A stretch of 63,168 nt of DNA, filler included. It is 9 parts of 9 records of this genome, joined end to end, with 100 filler letters (N's around TTAATTAATTAA, not from the genome) between each part and the next. Parts side by side here need not be neighbours in the genome. Positions count along the whole stretch, not along the records: positions 25,954 to 32,056 come from SRR31147125_6344; positions 32,157 to 38,523 come from SRR31147125_6352; positions 38,624 to 44,891 come from SRR31147125_6360; 6 more parts are not named here. One strand, written 5' to 3'. Position 1 is the first letter of the stretch. Each line of letters starts with the position of its first letter. The notes under the pieces were generated by a model that was given only the letters and a program-made list of their open reading frames with translations, searched no databases and had not been told where the DNA came from. Of this stretch, positions 30,982-40,759 are shown piece after piece. The translations under genes were made by a program, and so were the position numbers.

Positions 30982-32055
30982 TTAACTCTCTCTTTCTTCT
31001 AATATTTCACCAATAAATCTAATTATTGTACTCATATAAATAGCTTCAGATCTCTCTTTAAGTTTTAGTAAAAAGTCAACTGAAACTTTTTCTCTGCTTT
31101 CGCAAAGTTCAAGTGCTTTTTGCTCTATCTCTACTTTTACTAAATCTTCAAGCTTGATAAAAGCATCTTCTATCTCTTCTGGAGTCATCTCTTTAACTTC
31201 TTTTTTAACTTTCTTTTTAGCCTCTTTTTTAACTTTTGGAATTGCTATCTCTTCTTGAACTGTCTCAAATAATTTTAGCTTTGCCTCTGCTGCTGCTTCC
31301 TCTTGCTCTCGAATCTGTTCTTCAATATTTTTAACAATACCGTTAATGTATTGAACTAAGGTCGTTTTTATCTCAGAATTAAGTTGTTTATAAAGAATAT
31401 CCAAAATTTCAAATACAACTTTTTCACCTTTTTGTTTAAGAAGTCTTTCTAGTTTATTCATGGCACGCTTATTCCAAGATTTAGATACATATATATTTTG
31501 TTTAACTTTTTTAATTTTCTCTTCAAATTCAGCTCTTATTTCAGGTGTTTCAACAAATTTAAATTGATTTTTTTGAACTCTCTCTATTCTTTGTTGTTTT
31601 TCCTGTTTTCTCTTCTCGTTAACATCATGCCATTTACCTTTATATTCAATTTGTGGTTTTGATTTATCAAGATAACTTGAGATATGACACTCATTATCCT
31701 TCTCAATATTAAAAACATATCTGATATAAATTTCGCCATTTTTATCAAAAAATTTAAATGACTTAATATATCCTAGTTTTTGAAGCGCTGTATAGGCTTT
31801 TTCTATACGTTTTTTTACTTGCTTTATTCTATCTAACCTATATCTTCTCTTCTCTCCACGTTTATTTTCTCTACTAACTATTTGTTCCGTTTTAAGAGGA
31901 ATAATTGCGGCAATAGTTTTTAATCCAATTTGGTCTTCCTCTTTGCCATATCTAATTTTACTTATATATTTGTAGATTCTAGACGCGATAACATCTTTAT
32001 CTATTATTTCAAGCATTCTTTTAGAATTATATTTAATATATCTTTTATCTTTTAT
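30982..32055 (-). CDS. Fusobacterial Rep-type replication initiator protein, 5' partial
   Basis: KRYIKYN, ASRIYKYISKIRY, AAIIPLKTEQ and NIYVSKSWNKR recalled from the fusobacterial initiator. Sits upstream of yaaA-recF; frame is open to the contig end. Confidence 0.7.
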   Translation of the reverse strand: MKDKRYIKYNSKRMLEIIDKDVIASRIYKYISKIRYGKEEDQIGLKTIAAIIPLKTEQIVSRENKRGEKRRYRLDRIKQVKKRIEKAYTALQKLGYIKSFKFFDKNGEIYIRYVFNIEKDNECHISSYLDKSKPQIEYKGKWHDVNEKRKQEKQQRIERVQKNQFKFVETPEIRAEFEEKIKKVKQNIYVSKSWNKRAMNKLERLLKQKGEKVVFEILDILYKQLNSEIKTTLVQYINGIVKNIEEQIREQEEAAAEAKLKLFETVQEEIAIPKVKKEAKKKVKKEVKEMTPEEIEDAFIKLEDLVKVEIEQKALELCESREKVSVDFLLKLKERSEAIYMSTIIRFIGEILEERES

Positions 32056-32056
32056 T

Positions 32057-32156
32057 NNNNNNNNNNNNNNNNNNNNNNNNNNNNNNNNNNNNNNNNNNNN
32101 TTAATTAATTAANNNNNNNNNNNNNNNNNNNNNNNNNNNNNNNNNNNNNNNNNNNN
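32057..32156. other. Artificial contig spacer
   Basis: N-linker-N. Confidence 0.99.
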
Positions 32157-32354
32157 AATTAATTAATTTGAAGGTATTTTAATATATATTTGTTTTACAA
32201 AGAGGAGATATTCCTATAAATACTTTTTTAACGTATTTCTTACAGCATTTTTTCCTTGAATAAATTCTTTAAAATACTTTTCGATTATTTCGCCTAAACC
32301 AATTTTATATGTATTCATTTCCAAAAGATTTTCATTTGATAATATTGGCTTCAA

Positions 32355-32583
32355 CTATGCCTTTTTCTCCAAGCAGTCCCACACTCCAAGTAAATACATG
32401 ATTCCCATCGCTCTATCATACAACCCATATCCCGGTCTACAGTGCTTTTCTCCAGACATGCCTTCCATGGTCAGGCCTCATATATCCTGTAAATCCGTTT
32501 TCATGGTAAGCTTTCACTACGTCTACCACGTCCACCGAACCATCTTGTGTTCTATGAGAAGTATCAATGAAGTCTCCATACAT
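32355..32583 (-). pseudogene. uxuA: Mannonate dehydratase C-terminal remnant
   Basis: GDFIDTSHR...[12 protein letters not shown], then a frameshift, then [22 protein letters not shown]. Most of the gene is missing. Confidence 0.85.
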
Positions 32584-32584
32584 A

Positions 32585-33604
32585 TCAATCAAATTTCAAA
32601 ACAATTTTTCTTACTTTATCAGGTTCCTCTTCTATAAGTTTCATAGCTTGCTCTACTTCCTCAAAATTCATAACATGAGAGATAAGTTTATCAGCTTTTA
32701 GTTTTGATTGATTAAATAATTTTACAACTTCCTTGAATTTATAAGTTTGATGCCTTGAACCTCTTATATCTAATTCTTTTACTGTTATTCCAAGTTGGGC
32801 TATCTCTGAAACTTCTTTTGTAAAGCCTAAACACATCACTCGGCCTGCAACAGATGTAATTTCAATAGCTTGCTCAAATGTTTTTGGTAAACAAACCGCA
32901 TCAATCGTTACATTAGAGCCCATCCCATCGGTGATTTCTCTTACTTTTTCAAGAGGATCGACTTCTGATGGATTTATAATATAGTCAGCTCCTAATTCTT
33001 TTACAGCTTTTAATCTGTTTTTGTTAAAATCAGAAACAATACATATCCCACCTTTTAATTTTGCCATTTCTAAAATACACATTCCAATGGGCCCTGCACC
33101 TATTATAAAAACGAAATCATTCTCCCTAATATCGGCTCTCCAAGTAATTTGTGCTGCAATAGTATATGGTTCAATCATGGCTGCATGTTCCCAAGGAATA
33201 TCATCATTAAATTTGAAAATACTTTTTTCAGGTGCTTTATAATATTCTTGGAATCCACCATCTATATGCGCCCCTCTAACTATTAAGCTCTGGCAAGCAT
33301 TTGGTCTTCCAGCTTTACATGCATAGCACTCACCACAAGCTTTCATTGGTTCTATTACTACTCTATCTCCAATTTTTATTTTTGACACAGCTTTTCCTAT
33401 TTCAACTACTTCTCCTACCATTTCATGACCTAAAACTAACGGATATTTTGCCACTGGTGACGTTCCATGATAAATATGTACATCTGAACCACATATACCT
33501 CCAGCTTTTATTTTTACAACTACATCGTCAGTCGCACTCACCTTAGGTATTTCTCTTTCTATAAGGTGTATCTCTTTTGGTCTAATTACTTGTACTGCTC
33601 TCAT
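32585..33604 (-). CDS. Zinc-binding dehydrogenase (RspB/L-gulonate 5-dehydrogenase-like)
   Basis: GICGSDVH, GHE, CGECYAC...C, GAGPIG. Confidence 0.85.
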   Translation of the reverse strand: MRAVQVIRPKEIHLIEREIPKVSATDDVVVKIKAGGICGSDVHIYHGTSPVAKYPLVLGHEMVGEVVEIGKAVSKIKIGDRVVIEPMKACGECYACKAGRPNACQSLIVRGAHIDGGFQEYYKAPEKSIFKFNDDIPWEHAAMIEPYTIAAQITWRADIRENDFVFIIGAGPIGMCILEMAKLKGGICIVSDFNKNRLKAVKELGADYIINPSEVDPLEKVREITDGMGSNVTIDAVCLPKTFEQAIEITSVAGRVMCLGFTKEVSEIAQLGITVKELDIRGSRHQTYKFKEVVKLFNQSKLKADKLISHVMNFEEVEQAMKLIEEEPDKVRKIVLKFD

Positions 33605-33666
33605 TTTTTCCGCCCCCTAAGCTATCCGTATCATATTTTGAATTGCCAACAATTAATGCTTTATTG

Positions 33667-34677
33667 CTATAGTGATTTTATTTCATTCCAAACTTCATCA
33701 TCTACAAATATTCCTTTTTCATCATGCTCTTTTCTAAAATGTAGATAGTCTTCTCCAGGAGTAATTATTCCTCTTGATCCCTCGGATAATTCCGAACTTT
33801 TGAGGTGTTTTTCAGCTTTAAGCAGAGTTTCTGTCATTTGTTTTGTATCACCTATTTTACTAGGATCTATTATTATTATGACTTGTGAAGCGCCACCGCA
33901 ACTCCCCATCCCTTTTTTATCTAAATCTGCTGCTCCTATTCCATCAGTTAAAACAGAGCCTAATATATCCAACATAAAAGAAAAACTTGATCCTTTCCAA
34001 TAACCTATTGGCAATATTCTCATTGATTCTTCAATCGAACCAGGATCATCAGTTATATTTCCATCTCTATCAAATCCTCCTGGAAATGGTAATTTTTCAC
34101 CAGCTAACCTAGTTACCTGTAGTTTCCCGTATGAATATTGTGAGATTGCCATATCCATTTGCATTGGTTCTTTTCCTTCAGCACCCGGAACTGCCATTAC
34201 AAAAGGATTGTTACCTAATTTACACTCTTTTCCGCCCCAAGGTGGCATACATGATTCTGTATTTGTCCACATAATAGCCACATAACCTTTTTTAGCAGCA
34301 TGAAGTCCGTAAGTTCCACCTCTCATCCAATGTGTAGTATTCTTTATCCCTACCATTCCTATACCAAATTCATCAGCCAACTCTATCGCTCGATCTGTTG
34401 CTTTTAGTGCATTTAATACCCCTGGTCCCATATTTCCATTTAAAATTTCAATTGCTCCCAGAGATTTTTCTACTGAAGGTTCTGCATTTATATCTACCCA
34501 ACCTTTATCAATATAATCAACAAATCTCGCTACACGATTTGTTCCATGCGAATATATTCCATCATATGTTGATTCTGTATGAACATTTGCACAAATATTC
34601 GCCTTTTCTTCATTCATTCCATATTTAATAAATACCCTTTTTATCTCGTTTTGTATTTCATCAAATGATAGTCTCAT
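33667..34677 (-). CDS. yiaK: 2,3-diketo-L-gulonate reductase (3-dehydro-L-gulonate 2-dehydrogenase)
   Basis: DGIYSHG, NTTHWMRGGTYG, WTNTESCMPPWG, GNNP, SQYSYGKL, GYWKGS. Confidence 0.9.
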   Translation of the reverse strand: MRLSFDEIQNEIKRVFIKYGMNEEKANICANVHTESTYDGIYSHGTNRVARFVDYIDKGWVDINAEPSVEKSLGAIEILNGNMGPGVLNALKATDRAIELADEFGIGMVGIKNTTHWMRGGTYGLHAAKKGYVAIMWTNTESCMPPWGGKECKLGNNPFVMAVPGAEGKEPMQMDMAISQYSYGKLQVTRLAGEKLPFPGGFDRDGNITDDPGSIEESMRILPIGYWKGSSFSFMLDILGSVLTDGIGAADLDKKGMGSCGGASQVIIIIDPSKIGDTKQMTETLLKAEKHLKSSELSEGSRGIITPGEDYLHFRKEHDEKGIFVDDEVWNEIKSL

Positions 34678-34731
34678 TTCATCCTCCGTATGTTTTTTTT
34701 ATAATTCAATCTCTCATTTACATTAAGTTTT

Positions 34732-36011
34732 TTATCCGCCATAAACCATATTAGGTAAAAATAACACAATTTGTGGAAACACCATTAATATAGTTAATAA
34801 TACTACCACAGCTATAATAAAAGGTAATGATTCCTTGGTATATGTTTCTATAGGGCAATCCAATATTGAGCAGGTAGTATACATCGTCACTCCTATTGGA
34901 GGTGTCATTCCCCCCATAGTTATTAAAATCATATACATCACACCGAAATGAACGGGATCAATTCCCAAATTAGTTACAATAGGTAAAAATATTGGAGTTA
35001 ATATGAGTACATTTGCTGTTGCCTCCATAAACATTCCTACTGTAAATACAAATAACATAACAATTACCATAATAATATATGGATTACTTGATATACTAGA
35101 TATTAATCTAGCCAATGTTTGAGGTAGTTGACCTGTTACTAACGCATATCCAAAAGAGTTAGAGCATATAATTATTAACATTATCGTTGCTAAATCAACC
35201 CCTGTTTGTTTCAATACACCTACCAATTTCTCGAACGACAACTCCTTATACACAAATACACCAATTATGAAAGCATATATTACTGCAAAAGCTCCTGCTT
35301 CAGAAGGTGTAAAAATTCCAAATCGAATACCAACTATTAGTATTATAGGAAAAATCAACGCCCAAATATTATCGATTAACCCTTGAAATATATCATTTAT
35401 TGATGGTATTTTTTCATGTTCTTTGGCGTAATTCCTTTTTTAGAAACTAAACCAACTGATAACATTAATAATATTGTCATCAAAGCTCCAGGGATAATCC
35501 CTGCCAAAAATAGTCTACCTATTGATACTTCTCCAGTTACACCATATAAAATTAACCCTATGCTAGGTGGAATTGTTGATGTAATTAATCCTCCCATAGC
35601 CAATATTGCAGCTGTGAAACCAACAGAAAATCCTCTTTTTTCCATATCAGGTCCAAAGATTCTACTTTCCATTGCTGCATCTGCAGTTGCTGATCCTGAA
35701 ATTCCTCCCATTAAGCAACTCAAAACTACAGAAACTTGTGCTAATCCACCTCGCATATGACCTGTTAACACCGTTGCGAATTTTATTAATCGTTTAGTAA
35801 TACCTGTTTCATTCATTAAGTTTCCTGCAAGTACAAAAAAAGGAACGGCTAGTAATGAAAATGACTGAGTACTACTTACCATTTTTTGAACTGCAATTTG
35901 TAAGGGAACCCCATCATTAGAAAAGAATACTAAACTTGATATTCCAACTACAAAAGCTACCGGCATACCAATAGCTAACAATATAATAAAAGTAAGTCCT
36001 AAATAAACCAT
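34732..36011 (-). CDS. dctM: TRAP transporter large permease, frameshifted at 35436-35441
   Basis: LLAVPFF, GISGSATADAA, IPPSI, TPPIG. One extra A in an A6 run joins the two ORFs (SKKRNYAKEH...). Confidence 0.9.
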
Positions 36012-36012
36012 T

Positions 36013-36507
36013 TTAATTCTCCACCTTCAATACTTTTTCGAAATTTGAATAGTCTTTTTGTAAGAAACAACGAATATTCTCTTTTAATCTTCCTAGAACG
36101 GATATTACCATTAATACTCCTCCTACAGGTGCACTTGCAGTTACAAAAGAGTAACTAATTGGTAGAGTATTAAATTTCCTTTGAAAGTTAACTATACATA
36201 AGTTACTACCGTATACTACAACAACCACTAAAAATATTAGCATAAGAATATTATTAAAAATCAAAATAATGTTTTTGACTTTATGGGGAAATCTGTCAAT
36301 TAACAGATCTACCCCCATATGTCTATCTTTTCTCAAGGCCAAGTCCGCTCCTATAAAGCAAATCCATGAAAACATAAGTTGAGCCATATCCACTGACCAT
36401 GAGACATCAATACCAAAGAAACGTAAAACAGCAGCCATAAACACTAATATAATTAGCAATGCTATTCCAAAACATTCAAATGTCTCTTCAATTTTTTTTA
36501 TTGACAT
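36013..36507 (-). CDS. dctQ: TRAP transporter small permease
   Basis: 4 TM segments, WICFIGA...HMGVD, located between dctP and dctM. Confidence 0.9.
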   Translation of the reverse strand: MSIKKIEETFECFGIALLIILVFMAAVLRFFGIDVSWSVDMAQLMFSWICFIGADLALRKDRHMGVDLLIDRFPHKVKNIILIFNNILMLIFLVVVVVYGSNLCIVNFQRKFNTLPISYSFVTASAPVGGVLMVISVLGRLKENIRCFLQKDYSNFEKVLKVEN

Positions 36508-36517
36508 AACTGTCTCC

Positions 36518-37519
36518 TTATCTTCCTAATTCTTGATCAATTTTATCTTTTAATTCTCCAAATCCTAATTCTTCATATGCTGATTCAGCAGCTTTTTTAA
36601 ACGCCTCTTTATCAACTTCTATTATTTTCACTCCACTTTTTGATACTTTATCTAAATATTCTTTATCTTTTGCTATGACTGATTTAGAAACTTTCTCTCC
36701 AGCAATTTCCGATTCATTTATTAGAATTTTTTTGTAATCTTCAGGTAATTTCTCAAACCAACTATTCGAAATTACTAAACCAGTTAATAATTGAAAATGT
36801 CCTGTTAATGACACGTAATCAGTTACTTCATAAATACTCGCTCCTACTGCTGCTGCATTGTGAACTTCTACACCCTCAATTACTTTTTGCTGCAATGCTT
36901 GATAAGCTTCTGACCAAGGTAATACACTTGAATTTGCTCCCATTGCCTCTAAAGATTTTGTTACTACATCAGATCCTGAGCTTCTCACTCTCATTCCATT
37001 TAGATCTGCAGGTGTAGATACAGGGGATTTAGTATATAAATTTCTACTTCCTTGGAAATAGTTGAATGACAGAATCTTGAATCCATAATCGTTAAATTTT
37101 CCCACTAGGTCTTTATAAACCGATGTATTCATTAACTTTAGTGCTTCGTCATAATCACTTGCTAAATATGGTCCCCCTAAAATTCCAAAATCGCTTATAT
37201 AATTACTCATTCGACCTGGATCAGTTATTACTCCTACCCCTGCGCCAACTTTTGCTTGTTCTAATACATCTTCATCCTTTCCTAATTGAGAACTAGAATA
37301 TAATTGAACTTTTAGCTTTCCTCCAGTTTTTGACTCAACATTTTCTTTAAAGGTTTTTAATGCCAAAAATAATGGATCCGTTTCTGTCACAACAACTCCA
37401 ACTTTTAACTTATACTCATTTTTTTTGTTCTTTTTAGAGAAAATCCAAGAATAAGCATTTTCCTTAATTGACAACATCATAAAAACACCCAACAATAAAA
37501 ATAAAGACAGTTTTTTCAT
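36518..37519 (-). CDS. dctP: TRAP substrate-binding protein
   Basis: Signal peptide, QLG, DLNGMRVR, WSEAYQALQQKVIEG. Confidence 0.92.
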   Translation of the reverse strand: MKKLSLFLLLGVFMMLSIKENAYSWIFSKKNKKNEYKLKVGVVVTETDPLFLALKTFKENVESKTGGKLKVQLYSSSQLGKDEDVLEQAKVGAGVGVITDPGRMSNYISDFGILGGPYLASDYDEALKLMNTSVYKDLVGKFNDYGFKILSFNYFQGSRNLYTKSPVSTPADLNGMRVRSSGSDVVTKSLEAMGANSSVLPWSEAYQALQQKVIEGVEVHNAAAVGASIYEVTDYVSLTGHFQLLTGLVISNSWFEKLPEDYKKILINESEIAGEKVSKSVIAKDKEYLDKVSKSGVKIIEVDKEAFKKAAESAYEELGFGELKDKIDQELGR

Positions 37520-37560
37520 AAATCATTCCTCCTAGATTAATAAAATTTTATACAAAAGCT

Positions 37561-37791
37561 ACTTGTATATTAGTATATTACTACAGCAATTTTACTTTGT
37601 CAAATAAATTTCGTATGTTTTTTGGACTTTAGATGTTCTTTTTTATCTAAAAGTCCTATTTTAAATCAAAATTATAGTATCTATATATAAATAAAATATT
37701 TTTTTCACCTTGCAACTAATATATAAGTTGGAAACATCTTACTTTCTCAGCATAATGTAATATCATTAATCTAAAGTATTAGTATACAAGT
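37561..37791. promoter_or_regulatory. Three GntR/FadR-type operator candidates
   Basis: ACTTGTATATTAGT (37561), ACTAATATATAAGT (37715) and ATTAGTATACAAGT (37778); near-palindrome ACTnGTATACnAGT. Confidence 0.6.
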
Positions 37792-37810
37792 TGAAAAAGA
37801 GAGGAATTCA

Positions 37811-37980
37811 ATGTTTTTAAATTTTAGAAAAGAAAAAAGAAAAGAATAGAAACTATATATAGAACCCTGAAAGAGAATATTATGCAACTATACCTTAAAC
37901 CAGGAGACCCAATAAGTGAAATTGAATTAAGTAAACTCTTACATGTAAGTAGAACACCCATAAGAGAAATATTTGAGTAA
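37811..37980 (+). pseudogene. Truncated GntR-family regulator
   Basis: IYRTLKENIMQLYLKPGDPISEIELSKLLHVSRTPIRE then stop. Out of frame with the ATG at 37811; effector domain absent. Confidence 0.8.
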
Positions 37981-38044
37981 CACTCGTAGCTGTTTATGTT
38001 TTGATAAAACTTACTTAATCAAAATAAAAATATATATAGAATTA

Positions 38045-38078
38045 AAAAAAGAGACTAACCTTGTGGGTTAATCTCTTT
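38045..38078 (-). terminator. Probable terminator
   Basis: AAAGAGA-CTAACC...GGTTAA-TCTCTTT imperfect stem with A-run on the left. Confidence 0.5.
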
Positions 38079-38099
38079 CTATTTATATCAATTTATATT

Positions 38100-38522
38100 C
38101 TACGCGATATTCATTTGAGCTTTTTCTCTTGGTTTTTGTAATAGATATAAAATTCCATACAATGCTAATCCAATTATGTAGTAGTAATACTTATATTCCA
38201 TCGGTAAATTGAATATAAAAGTAAGTATACCCGGGAAGAATAAAATTACTGTAACTATTGCAAATATAGGCACTTCATACCACTTATTCTTAACTAAGAA
38301 CCATCCTTGCGCAAAACTAGTAAATGCAAATGCTCCAAGAGTTGCCATTGCAAATATCAACATCGCTTCAGGCCAGTTATTGATATCAACCAATACTAAA
38401 TCTGAATTGAACACAAACATGAACGGAATAACCGCTGTTCTCAGGTCATATATAAATCCTTGTATTCCTGTAGGAATAGGATCAGTTTTTGCAATTGCTG
38501 CTGCTGTATATGCTGCAAGTCC
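38100..38522 (-). CDS. TRAP 4TM/12TM fused permease C-terminus, 5' partial
   Basis: GLAAYTAAAIAKTDPIPTGIQGFIYDLRTAVIPFMF is open to the contig end. Confidence 0.85.
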   Translation of the reverse strand, partial: GLAAYTAAAIAKTDPIPTGIQGFIYDLRTAVIPFMFVFNSDLVLVDINNWPEAMLIFAMATLGAFAFTSFAQGWFLVKNKWYEVPIFAIVTVILFFPGILTFIFNLPMEYKYYYYIIGLALYGILYLLQKPREKAQMNIA

Positions 38523-38523
38523 A

Positions 38524-38623
38524 NNNNNNNNNNNNNNNNNNNNNNNNNNNNNNNNNNNNNNNNNNNNTTAATTAATTAANNNNNNNNNNNNNNNNNNNNN
38601 NNNNNNNNNNNNNNNNNNNNNNN
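38524..38623. other. Artificial contig spacer
   Basis: N-linker-N. Confidence 0.99.
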
Positions 38624-39898
38624 TTTTCCCGAACAGCTGGCTAACTTACCAATAAGCGGTGCCGAATCCAATTTATTCTTTTCTCGAGCTAATCGTTTTG
38701 CCTTACGTGTGGCTTCCCTAACTTGAGCTGCTCTCTTTGACTTCTCAAATATTTTTGAAACCACTTCACCATTCCTTAAATCTTCTAGATAGGTTGATAG
38801 TTGTTCATTTATTATAGCTTCAACTACTATTCGCGCTTCAGGGTTTCCTAACTTGCCTTTTGTCTGCCCCTCAAACTGCACATTTTGCATCTTTAGTGAT
38901 AGCACTGCACAAAGACCTTCCCTAAAATCATCTCCTGAAAGATTACTGTCTTTCTCCTTTAAAACACCGCTTTTTCTCATCTGCTCGTTCATAGCCTTTG
39001 TAAGCGCCATTTTGAACCCAGTTTCATGCATTCCACCTTCGCCTGTCGGAATGTTGTTTACATACGATACTATGTTGTCTGTATACGAATCATTATATTG
39101 AATAGATGCCATTACAAAAATGCCGTCTTTTTCACCTTCAATAGTTATAGGTGCGTCATATAACGTAACTTTATTTTGATTCAAATATTTTACGAAGTCA
39201 AGAATTCCTCCGTCATATCTAAACTCATCCTCACGCTTGTCCCTCTTATCAACAAGCATAAAACTAATACCTTTATTTAAAAACGCAAGTTCGCGTAATC
39301 TATGCGCTATTGTGTCATATTGATAATCCATTGTTGAAAATACTTGGTCATCGGGTAAAAAGACGACTTTTGTGCCCTGTTTTCTAGTATTCCTAATCTT
39401 TTCTAGCTTAGTAACAGGTTCACCGTAAATCATCTTCTCACTTTTTTCATCACAAACACACTCAAACCGCTGTCTATGCAATTTCCCGCCACTGTATACC
39501 TCTACCTCAACCCACTTAGATAGCGCGTTTACAACGGCAGCACCAACACCATGCAGTCCGCCAGAATATGCATAATTATCGCTGTTAAACTTTCCGCCTG
39601 CGTGCAGCCTAGTGAACACCAGTTCAACTCCGGTTATACCGTATTCAGGATGAATACTAACTGGTATTCCGCGTCCATCGTCTGTAACACTAACAGAATT
39701 ATCGGTATTAATAACGACTTCAACCTTAGTCGCAAACCCATTCGCCGCTTCATCTACCGCATTATCTACTACTTCCCATATCAAATGATGAAGTCCACGC
39801 AATCCCGTAGACCCAATGTACATTCCTGGGCGTAACCTAACAGCTTCCAATCCTTCTAATATTAATAAATCGCTTGAATCATAGCCCTTGGCCAACAA
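38624..39898 (-). CDS. Type IIA topoisomerase subunit B (GyrB/ParE), 3' partial
   Basis: LEGLEAVRLRPGMYIGS, DNAVDE, LHAGGKF, GGLHGVG, QFEGQTK, GKLASC. Cannot separate gyrB from parE. Confidence 0.92.
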
Positions 39899-39957
39899 AA
39901 ATTCCTCCTCAAAGTTTCTATAATCCTGTAATAATATAACATAACTTAGCCAAACAT

Positions 39958-39982
39958 AAAACCACGGGATGACTCCCGTGGG
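39958..39982 (-). terminator. Rho-independent terminator
   Basis: CCACGGGA-TGAC-TCCCGTGG plus T-run on the minus strand. Confidence 0.7.
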
Positions 39983-40025
39983 TAAATTTTCTAATATTTA
40001 TCACAATTATCTGCAAAATTTCGTA

Positions 40026-40688
40026 TTATTTTTCAAAATACGCGAGCGCTCCACCCAAAAGAGTAGTATCAAACCACTTTTTAAAATCTATGTTTTTATA
40101 CTTCATATCGTCAATAATTTTTGCATCAGCATAAGAATAATCACTAGATCGTTCAAGCCTAACAATCGTAACCCAATGCCAACTATCAAGCCCTGTCTCC
40201 GCCCCATTTGAAAGATTTAAAAAAGCAACAGGGCAATCGCTATTTAATCCCTTTTCTACAAAATCTACGTAGTATTCAAACCCTCGTTTTCGATATTGTT
40301 TTCCAGGAACATGTACTCCACTTACCTCTAGTTCTTCTCCTAGACTTTCAATATACGCCTGAGCACCTTTAGTATACTTCTCCACCGTATTTACCCCCAT
40401 GGATCCAGGGTAAAGATGGTTCCATATATCCAAAACAAAATTTACAGATTGAGCTTGGGAAATACACTTGCAATCTTCGTCTACAAACGGACACAACTTT
40501 TTCAATTCTTCACATCTTCGTGAAAGATAAAACAGCATATTTGCGCACGTACATGGTCCACATCCACTCATTCGTTTCCATTTTTCAGGCAACCATTCCT
40601 GCCAAATGCCTTGAGATGTTTTTCCACTACCCAATTTTACCTGCAATATTTCAGGGCTCTTTATGCTGCTGACAATATGATTAAGCAT
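40026..40688 (-). CDS. Putative papain-like (C39-like) cysteine peptidase
   Basis: Q...SGCGP and WHWVTI Cys/His motifs. Confidence 0.6.
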   Translation of the reverse strand: MLNHIVSSIKSPEILQVKLGSGKTSQGIWQEWLPEKWKRMSGCGPCTCANMLFYLSRRCEELKKLCPFVDEDCKCISQAQSVNFVLDIWNHLYPGSMGVNTVEKYTKGAQAYIESLGEELEVSGVHVPGKQYRKRGFEYYVDFVEKGLNSDCPVAFLNLSNGAETGLDSWHWVTIVRLERSSDYSYADAKIIDDMKYKNIDFKKWFDTTLLGGALAYFEK

Positions 40689-40709
40689 AGTATTGCTCCT
40701 CAGTATTAG

Positions 40710-40743
40710 AAAAATAAGCCTCTACGCATACTGCGTAGAGGCT
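40710..40743 (-). terminator. Rho-independent terminator closing the NuoF-like operon
   Basis: 12-bp stem AGCCTCTACGCA / TGCGTAGAGGCT followed by TATTTTT on the minus strand. Confidence 0.8.
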
Positions 40744-40759
40744 ATATTCTTAAAAAATA

